From: Naegleria gruberi
Taxonomy: Eukaryota
NCBI GenBank assembly: GCA_000004985.1
Contig: GG738887.1
Length of the DNA stretch: 64,000 nucleotides
Reading direction: 5' to 3' (one strand)
Shown piece by piece: positions 35,301-44,557 of the stretch. The notes beneath the pieces are model-generated. The model saw only the letters and a list, made by a program, of their open reading frames with translations, was not told the origin of the DNA and searched no databases. Positions within the stretch are counted from its first letter, which is position 1. Each line of letters starts with the position of its first letter. Made by a program: the position numbers and the translations under genes.

Positions 35301-38300
35301 GATTTTTCTTACTGATTCGACCAATAAGAGAATTAGAAAACTTATCCCTTGGTGCTCAGAAAATGGCATTCTAATTAATGGAACTTGTGAATATCAATGT
35401 TTTGGAGAAACTAATAAGAACTCAACTGTTTGCTCTGGAAGAGGAAACTGTATTGGGAATGATCAGTGTAATTGCACCACTCCTCAATACTTCGGTTCAA
35501 AATGCAACCAATTTTATTGTTATGGACTATTGAACGCAATGTCAAATGTTTGTTCGTCCCAAGGTAGCTGTAATTCTCCTAATAATTGTACATGCTTTAA
35601 AGGGCATTATGGAGAAACTTGTCAATATTTTTACTGTAACTCTATTCCATTCAATTCCAGTGCTGCTTGTTTAGGTAGAGGTTCTTGTATCTCATATAAT
35701 AATTGCACATGTCAACAAGATTATGCAGGCAATGATTGTCAATATTTTTATTGTGGTAATCGTCTGAATAATGATGGTACAGTGTGCTCTGCACATGGAA
35801 ACTGTATATCTCCTCATAATTGCTCTTGCGACAGTGGTTTTTATGGAAGCAATTGTGAACAATTCGATTGTTATGGCATTAATAATTTGAATGCATCAGT
35901 TTGTTCCAGAAATGGTTATTGCTCCTCTCCAAATAATTGCAAATGTGATCTTGGTTATTATGGAAATAGCTGTGAAATGTATAACTGTTATGATATTCCA
36001 AAAACTGACCCAAGTGTTTGTTCAGGTCAAGGCCTTTGTTCTTCATATAATAACTGCACTTGTCAACAAAATTATTCAGGAGTTAATTGCGAAAATTTCC
36101 ATTGTTATGGAATATCAAAAATAGAGTCTACAGTGTGCTCATCACATGGAACATGCTTAGCGTTGAATAATTGTTCTTGCATTGATGAATATTTTGGAAA
36201 TAATTGTGACCAATTTAAGTGTTATGGTGTTAACTTTATGAACAATTCAGTTTGTTCAGGAAGAGGCCAATGTATTTCGCCAAACTATTGTAAATGTGAT
36301 CTTGGTTATTATGGAAATAATTGTGAAATGTATGATTGTTATGGGTTGTCAAAAAATAATACCAATGTATGCTCAGGTCACGGTACGTGTATTTCATTGA
36401 ATAACTGTACTTGCAGAGATGGATATTATGATTCCAAATGTGGTTCATTTAACTGTGCTGGAGAAAAATTTATAGGCCAAAACCTTTGCCAAAATAATGG
36501 CTCTTGCACTGGTCCTGGTAACTGTGAATGCCCTATTCAGTATGGAGGTGCTAGATGTGAATATTTCAAATGTTATTCATTTACATCCAATGATCCTCAA
36601 GTATGTGGAGGTCATGGAACTTGTTATAATTATAACCATTGTACTTGCTCTCAAAATTGGTTTGGAAAAGATTGTTCAGTCACCACTTGTTTTAGTACAC
36701 CTTCTAACTCTAGCTCTGTATGTGGTGGAAGAGGTAATTGTACTGATTATAACCAATGCAGTTGCAACATTGGATATAGAGGTAATGAATGTGAACATAC
36801 TGTTTGTTATGATAAGATTGAAAGTGATAGTTCTGTATGCTCTGGAAAAGGTTTATGTCTATCACCAAATAATTGCACCTGTGAAACAGGTTTTGTTGGA
36901 AGTGAGTGTCAATACCATGAAGTATATTTAAATACGTCATCCGCCATTATTTTTTCTTTCCATAACAGTCTAATGAAGTTATTACCAAATGAGAGTGAAC
37001 AATTTTCGTGTTCTGACATTTTTGAAGAATCAGAAATCGACAAATTTGGAGAAAGTTCCTCTTTCATCTGCCAATGGAGAAGAAAATCATTACAAATTCA
37101 TCTTGGTTTTGATTATGCTATTGGTCATAACTCTATCATTCAAACTAAGTTTAACTTTTCATTGAGAGTTTATACTTTATCCAATGAAGCTTCATCTCCA
37201 ACTTGTTCTTTTGGATATTCATTAACTGAAACTTCTCCCTTATTAGATATAGTGATACGTTTGAATTGTGATGACAATTTTCATGGCTTCAAGAAATTGA
37301 GAACTGATTGGTCGTGTGATCAATGCACAAACAGCGTTTCATCATTATTGAACAACTATTCAAATAGATCATCCATTTATATCCCTATTTCATATATGAA
37401 TAGTTTGACTCCTATTCAAGGTTATAAGATTATTAACTTACAAACTTCTTTTTCATCAGAGATTTATTCTACAAAATCCATCAACAAGGAAGTTAAGGTT
37501 CAATCCTATGCAAAATCATTACCTCCAAGTTATTACTGGCTAAGTGATAATTATGCTGGAAAGACATATTCATGTATTGCTCATAATTGCATTTTAGAAA
37601 CTTCTTTAAATAGTTTAAACTCTTCTATTTCTTATTCATTCTCTGGATTTTTCAGTTTATTGAATAATGACCTAAACTCTAAACAAATGGTGAGGATGAT
37701 TAATGATTATTCTGGTGGAGTTTTAGATAGCGAATTTAATTCAAATATGCAAGTATTTGGTGTTCAGCTAAAAACATATGTTTACTTACCATTAAGCATT
37801 GACTCTTTTAAATATTCAACATTTACGAACTTGGATTTTGTTATGGCAGGTGTCAATAGAACATATTCGATCAACTCAGATAGTCTGGTGACAGTTACAT
37901 TGGTAACTGATGATCCATACATCTCAAAATATACTCTAAGCGATTATTTGGAATACACTTGGAAATGCTACATGGTTTCTTCTTCAAATAGATCTCTTCT
38001 TTTGACAGATAATTTATGTTCTTCAATTGAAAACACTAGATCTTATCTTATGTTAGACATTACGAAAATGTCTTTAAAAGAAGGTTCATATGTAATATCT
38101 GCTTCGATTTCCTCTACAAAATACTTTGTCACAACCGTTTACAACTATGCAGGTTTTATTGAATTGTTGGATATTTCCAACGAATCCCCTAAAATAACCA
38201 CAGACTACTTGCCTGCAATCACACCTTCTCATAATAATATTTATTTAAGAAGTGTGGTAAACTCTTCCTCAGAGGTTTCGTTTGCTTGGAACCTCAAACA

Positions 38301-41021
38301 TGGTTATTTGAATGTTGATGAAAACATAGAAGATTTTCTCCAAAGAAACACAATTTACACAAACATCATTGACAATAACGTTGAAATCATTTTGAACGTT
38401 GATAACAAGTACATCATTCCAGGAGAATCGTATGAATTCGAATTATCAACTAAAAATTCAAAAGGTTATGCTAATGTCTCCATTTCAACAAGAGTTGACT
38501 TCTCCCCACGATTGTCATGCGATGTCGAGAATTTGAAGAATGATGCTAATATTACCAGTTTTGAATCATTGATATCCATTACTTGTGTAAAATTACCATA
38601 CGAAAGTATTTCGAGTTTTGTGATGGAATTTTATTCACAAAATGAAAGATTGGGAGTAATATCTAATACTCCAAAGAAATCCTTAGTTACTAGAGTTCCT
38701 TATTATGCACAAGATGGAATAATTACTTTGGTTGTAAAACTTCAAAACTTGTATGGATCTATTGGAGTATTTAGAAAGAATATCAAGATTGGATTACCTA
38801 ATTATTTGTCAAATGACAATACGATTATTTCCCGAGTTACTTACTCCCTAAACCAATTCCAAAATATTAAGAATTCTCAACCAGTCAAGATGGAAGTTTC
38901 AAATGAAATCAATACTTTACTTTCTCTATTAATTCAAAATGAAACTCTCTCGAAATTCTCTGAGAATGTTGTAAAGCAATTGAATTCAGCTCAATTAACT
39001 TCATTCAATACCATGCTAAGAGAAATGATCATATTAACGAAGAGTTTACAAGATATTACATACAGGGTTGATGAAAGAGTCATTCAATTGACTTTGCCCG
39101 TTGTCAGCAAGATTTGTAATATTTTAAAAATAACTCTGGACACTTCATCATTATCTTCATTCGCTCTTGATGTAGAAAAATGGTTGGATTGGATTTATTC
39201 TGGAATGGACAAAGCGCTTAATTATTATCAAACCAATATTTACAAAGACTTACTTGATAACTATCATTTGCAAGAAATAGAGTCATTACAAAACATTCTT
39301 TCAACTATTTATCAAAGTAATTTCGAGCAGCAATACAAGTTCTATAAGTATAATTTACAATACATCAAGCTGACTGGAAGCAATACTGATAATTCAAGCC
39401 TGGTGGAAAATATTGAATATTCTAATTTATTGAATGCCAAGGCTATCTCTCTCTCAATTTCCAACTTTAAGGTGGACATGAAATTACCTAATGATTTTAC
39501 GAACCAAATTTCTTTGCAATCTAAATCTAAACTATTCTATTCTATCAGATCATTTAGTAACACTGGAGCTACAAATCTTTTACAAGAAAAACCAGTGGTT
39601 GATCTATCTCTGTATGACGCCTCTTACAATATTATTAACGTCAAAAATATCAATCCACCAATTGTCTTCAAATTCCAAGGATTAATTACCAATAATAAGA
39701 CTGGCATCAATACTACTTGTATATATTATGACACAACTCTTTCAAAATGGTCTACTATTGGGTTGGAAACATACACCACAATAACTAAAAGAACAGACGA
39801 TTTTATTTACTTCGATATGGAATGTCGTTCCAGTCACTTATCAGTCTTTTCAGTTCAAGAAGTTGATTATAACTCTCCTATCACACCTATTACCGCTATA
39901 TCATCTAATAGATCTAGTAGAGATGAATCATCAACCATTTTAACAATTATATTATCAACAGTTTTACCGATTAGCCTTTTAATACTTGTTTTTATCATTA
40001 TTTTGGTTGTTTTCATGATCCTTTTATTTAGAAATAAGCAAAAGAAAGCAAATGAACTAGCAAATACAACCAATATTGAACTATCAATATCAGACTTCCC
40101 ATCTGAAGGAAGTATGTTTATTCAACCACTTACAAGCATTTCTTCCAATGGAACTGCTTCTGAATCCTTCAATCCTCTCTCTAGATATTCTAATCTGGTA
40201 AGAATTGGACAAGGATCTTTTGGATCTGTGTTTAAAGCATTTGATAACAAGTCCGATTCAGTCAAGGCAATTAAGGTTATTCGATATAATTCAATGGAAG
40301 AATTGAACAATTTTATGAAAGAAGGAACTCAATTAATGAATGTTAAACATCCTTACATTTTGAGAGTTAATGAATTCTTTGTGAGTAAGGATCAATTACT
40401 TTGTATAGATATGGACTTTTATGAACTAGGAGATTTGGTCCGATTGACCAATGTTGATTTTGACTGCTCTGAAAAATTAATTAAGCAAATAATTTTCCAA
40501 ATGTGTCAAGCTCTTGATTACATTCATAGCAATATGAAAATAATTCACAGAGACATCAAACCATCAAATATATTTGTAAAAAGTTTGGAAAATGATAACA
40601 TTCATATCATTGTTGCAGATTTTGGGTTAGCTAAAGCAAATACTACATCTACAAACAATTCTTATGCAGGTACTCCTATTTTTATGGTAAGTTTCTTTAA
40701 TTCTTCATTAATTATTAACAAGTTTAGTCTCCTGAACTTGGCTTAGGTGGAAAATATTATTATAACACGGATATTTATAGTTTAGGTGTTACAATTTATC
40801 AAATAATGACAAAAGACACATTTACATCAATAAGTCAACTTTACTTGGGCAAAGATCAAAATGAAGTATCCAAAATATTAAACAAAAAGTTATAAGAGGA
40901 TCAATACTCCCAAAGACTTACTGATTTAGTGTTATCAATGCTAACAAGAGATAATTCATCTAGACCTCAAGCTCAAGATATTTTGCAAGATTCTTATTTT
41001 GATGATTTAAGAATGAAACGA
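32323..41021 (+). CDS. Giant receptor Ser/Thr kinase of roughly 2,900 aa. Order: signal peptide, about 16 NHL-type beta-propeller blades, 13 EGF-like modules, about 1000 aa of unassigned ectodomain, a single TM, and a C-terminal protein kinase. There is an intron at 40687..40727. The 3' end has an in-frame TAA at 40893, which may be bridged by a 27-nt intron at 40889..40915.
   Basis: Signal peptide MKVVLLAILLCIVMSA. A 56-aa unit …GYISTIAGTG…GYSGDGGLATSAQLNYP…GEIYIADxxNHRIRKINTS… repeats about 16 times. 13 modules follow the pattern C-x-G-x-G-x-C-x4-5-C-x-C-x2-G-Y-x-G-x2-C-E-x-F-x-C-Y-G. The TM is ILTIILSTVLPISLLILVFIIILVVFMILLF. Kinase motifs are IGQGSFGSV, AIKVI, HRDIKPSNIFV, ADFGLAK, then GTPIFM|SPELG across a 41-nt gtaagt…tttag intron, and a C-terminal …DLVLSMLTRDNSSRPQAQDIL. 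Confidence 0.8.
32420..35340 (+). repeat. Tandem coding repeats of period 168 nt (56 aa, NHL-like blades) inside the giant receptor gene. Several copies are more than 90% identical at nucleotide level.
   Basis: Visible in the sequence: for example 33990..34150 and 34160..34320 are nearly identical (catagaattcgtaaaattaacacctctggatatatctcaacaatagcaggtactggaagtgtaggatacagtggagatgg…). Alternate-frame ORFs in the track (33011..33358, 34241..34444) are by-products of this repetition. Confidence 0.8.
35350..36920 (+). repeat. Array of 13 EGF-like (tenascin/integrin-beta-type) modules of about 32–40 aa within the giant receptor.
   Basis: CSGRGNCIGNDQCNC, CSSQGSCNSPNNCTC, CLGRGSCISYNNCTC and similar. 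Each is followed by GYYGxxCExYxCYG linkers. Confidence 0.75.
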
Positions 41022-41198
41022 TAACCAAAAACTGAATTACTTTTTATATTCAACCAGGTGTGGATGTGTAACATTTCAAATTAATACTACTGAAAACAAG
41101 TACTAATATTAATGAGTGGAAAAGCTCAGGATCATGAAATTTTTGACTTTAAACATCTTTTGGCTTGTGGTAAATGAAATTTATTTAATTTATATCAT

Positions 41199-43475
41199 TT
41201 ACTCAAACTCAACCTCTTCTTCATTCAAGCTGATGTGAGCTTGGCGGTTTTCCCACAATAAACTAACTTCAATGTCTGAAAATTTACCATTTCTAGACTC
41301 TGAGTGCACTTGGAATGTATGCAGACCTTTTGGAATTTTTCTTCTTGTGCCAGTAAATACATAAAGTCCACTACTCTTGATATCCAGTTCATCACAAACC
41401 AATTCTAAATATGAATTGTACTTGAGCATATCATTGTGAATCATTCTTAATGCTATGAGGGTTTCACATTTTCTATCAACAGTGAGATTGAATTGTTGAG
41501 TGAGAGTTTTACATCCTGAGTCATCCTCATTGACGAAATCTTTATCATCGTGTTTGAGAATTTGTTTAAAGATTGGGAACGATGAAGATTTGTGAATGGA
41601 TCTCAAAATGGTTTGATCGAATCTAAATCCGAATGCATTATCTTCCTTAAATAAATGATCAATATTTACAATATGTCCAATAGCCATAGTACCAAAGTGA
41701 TTGATAACATCACCTAGTTCCATCCAGAAAACACCATCATCTTGCTCCTCTTTTTCTTTTTGTTTTCTTGATTTCCTATCACTGGCTGTATCATTGACAG
41801 GCAAAAGTCCTGTATTTCTACATAATTGTTGAATCAGATTTGCTTGTTCAGTAACTCTTTCATTGAGGTCTCTTTTGGTTTGGGCTATCATTTCCTTGGA
41901 TACGTCAGACCAAGCTCCTGTCCATTCAGTATTTCCCCCTATAAATTTGGATAAATAATTGAAAATCAAAAAACTATACTTACATGGATTTCTCAATCTA
42001 ACTAATCTATTACCCTTGTACTCTAAGCAATCCAAAAGTGCATAATAGTGACCTCCAACAATGCCATCCTCGTTAGTAAACTCATCTCCTAAACCAGAGT
42101 TATCATCAGACCCAAAACCAATAGCATTCCCATTATTGAATCCGTTTACAATACAACACCAAATCTCATCAAAAGACAAACCTCCACCAACAATACCCTC
42201 TTCAACTACCTCTTCTTCTTGATCTTCTTCGTCTTGTTCGTCATCCTCGTAGCCTTCTTCTTCATATTCTTCTCCTTCCTCCTCATGCTCTTCAATGCAA
42301 GAAACATGATTTCTCAAATCTTCAAATTGTGGGAGGCAGCCAGTAAAAAGATAAATACCCAAAGTACCATCTCCACCCTCTACCTTGGCATAATTTCCAA
42401 ATAATTTGGCGATTGCCTTTTCAACAATCGTAGGCCACAATTCATTTTTGTCTTTAGAATGAACAACCATAATATCACCATCTGTTGTGATTGGTACAAA
42501 ATCGTCAACAGTAACATATTTCCATTCATTTCTCCAAAAGAATCTCAATGTATATTGTCCCATTGCAACATTGGCCTTGACAAATAGATGGGCTATTAAA
42601 TGTGGAAATCTTGCAATGGCTGCCAATGAACTCAATAACCAACAATCTCCAAGACTTCCTTGTCTTATATCTCTGGCATCGATGCCATCAATAATAAGTT
42701 GTGGAATTTCACATAGCTCTGAAGCTCTCTTGAACCCTCCATAATTATTTTCCTTAATTTTCTTTTTACTGAATCCAAGAGAGGTTTCATTTGGTGGGAA
42801 ATCAGGATCAACAAATGGTTCAAGTAAAGGTTGTTGTGTCTTTTGTTGAGCATAGAATTGTTCATAATTTTGGAGATATAAATATTGTGATTGATCAATG
42901 ACTTGTGAAGCTTGTGGAAAACATCCATAAGATTGTTGTTGATTACAGACAGGAGGTTGAACATGGCTGGCGTATGGTTGTTGGACCTGTGGTTGAGATT
43001 GACTTGGTACTCCATAACTTTGTGTTGGTTGACTATTTTGATATGGTTGTTGAGGTTGTGGAGGATAGGATGGTTGACTATGTTGATATGGTTGTTGTGG
43101 CACATTTCCGTATGGTTGTCCATAAGAAGGAGAGTATTGATTAGCATTGTTTTGATATATTCCTTGTGTCATGACTGGTTGTTGCTGTTGTTGATTTGGA
43201 TAATATGATCCAGCAACTTGATTAGAAGAAGGATAAGCATATGAATTCATGTGAGTTTGATGTTGTTGATTTCCTCCTCCATACGGATCGTACATGGATT
43301 GTTGAGGATTGATCACTGGTTGCTGTGGTTGTTGATGTTGAATATTAGCATTGCCATAATATTGTGGTTGTTGATTTTGATATTGGTTTGATTGATAATT
43401 GTTTGATTGTTGTTGCTGTTGTTGATTGTAATACTCGTTATTATTGGCAGGAGAATAGTTGTAAGGATTGTACAT
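41199..43475 (-). CDS. Calpain-like cysteine protease with a Q/N/Y/P-rich (prion-like) N-terminal region and an acidic insert. It contains a 45-nt in-frame intron at 41939..41983 that the ORF track reads through.
   Basis: Catalytic-triad landmarks are QGSLGDCWLLSSLAAIA (Cys), GGHYYALLD (His) and RNPW|G NTEWTGAWSD (Asn). The last motif is restored exactly when gtaagtatag…atttatag (45 nt) is spliced out. N-terminal 190 aa: QQQQQQSNNYQSNQYQNQQPQYY…. Acidic insert EEHEEEGEEYEEEGYEDDEQDEEDQEEE. Confidence 0.8.
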   Translation of the reverse strand: MYNPYNYSPANNNEYYNQQQQQQSNNYQSNQYQNQQPQYYGNANIQHQQPQQPVINPQQSMYDPYGGGNQQHQTHMNSYAYPSSNQVAGSYYPNQQQQQPVMTQGIYQNNANQYSPSYGQPYGNVPQQPYQHSQPSYPPQPQQPYQNSQPTQSYGVPSQSQPQVQQPYASHVQPPVCNQQQSYGCFPQASQVIDQSQYLYLQNYEQFYAQQKTQQPLLEPFVDPDFPPNETSLGFSKKKIKENNYGGFKRASELCEIPQLIIDGIDARDIRQGSLGDCWLLSSLAAIARFPHLIAHLFVKANVAMGQYTLRFFWRNEWKYVTVDDFVPITTDGDIMVVHSKDKNELWPTIVEKAIAKLFGNYAKVEGGDGTLGIYLFTGCLPQFEDLRNHVSCIEEHEEEGEEYEEEGYEDDEQDEEDQEEEVVEEGIVGGGLSFDEIWCCIVNGFNNGNAIGFGSDDNSGLGDEFTNEDGIVGGHYYALLDCLEYKGNRLVRLRNPCKYSFLIFNYLSKFIGGNTEWTGAWSDVSKEMIAQTKRDLNERVTEQANLIQQLCRNTGLLPVNDTASDRKSRKQKEKEEQDDGVFWMELGDVINHFGTMAIGHIVNIDHLFKEDNAFGFRFDQTILRSIHKSSSFPIFKQILKHDDKDFVNEDDSGCKTLTQQFNLTVDRKCETLIALRMIHNDMLKYNSYLELVCDELDIKSSGLYVFTGTRRKIPKGLHTFQVHSESRNGKFSDIEVSLLWENRQAHISLNEEEVEFE

Positions 43476-44557
43476 TTTTTTGATTATTATTTAGTTTTAA
43501 AAACTTTCTCATGTACACACAACCAATTATTTAACCCTTTTTTCATCATGACTTGTGATTTCTCATTCATGGATAACTTGTTTTTTTCTTTTTTTTTAAA
43601 AATTAAAATTATCAAATAAGGCGCCAAACACTTTCTTAATCAAAAATCAGCCTTTATTGTTGGCTTTGCAAGAAGACAGAATGGTTTTGATACAACACAT
43701 ACATTGAGGATTTTTCTTTGAGGTCAACTCTTCGCAATTTTTCATTCTCCCTTCACCTGTCAATGGTAGCAAATTGATTTTTTCAATCCAACCTATCAAT
43801 CAAACCGGCACAACTTTGGGTAAGAAAAGTGAAAAAAACAACACAAAAAAATCGAGATTAAATTGTTGGATTTTCTTGCATTCGATATTGACCACTGTGA
43901 GTCACGTTTCCAGCTGTGCCAACAATTTTCCATCTCTCTTGAGGAAAGCAACAATCAAAAACTTTGTTTTCCAACACTTTGTACTTGTACTGCTATTACT
44001 ACTTTCTAGTTCGTTGAGTATTTCCTCAAATAGTACTGTTGCCAATAGACATTGCTCTTTCAAATTCTATAAGAAGCAACATTGTAGGTTTTATCTTGTT
44101 TTTTATAAGAAGAAAATTAAGAATTCCCACAAACTAACAACAACAATACTGCAATCATATTATATTGCAAATTCCCTAATTCTTGTTGATATTTACTTCC
44201 CTCTCCAAACAAACAAAATTTCTCCCGAATAACACACCCATTCGACTAATTTGTCCAACTCTACAAACTCACAACATTGAACACAATTTGGTAATATTTG
44301 TGTGTGTGCTGTTTCTCATCCTCGTCGTCTCCTCACTCCACACGAAAAAAAACAATACTTTTCGGGTGATATTTCTCCTCTGATTTTAATTATTTAATTG
44401 CAATTATTTATATATATTCAACTTGTGTTATCCAATCTACCTAATCTAATACTAACACTGCCACTGCTATACTACTACTTTGTATCATCCTATTTATTTT
44501 CTTCATCTTCATTACTCAATTTATTTATTTAAAAACATCACAAATCTTCATTTGAAA

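Noticed and set aside
43774-44383. ORFs of 152 and 66 aa in the long intergenic region.
   Set aside because: The hydrophobic, Leu/Ile/Phe-rich junk translation is typical of AT-rich non-coding DNA. There is no domain or motif.
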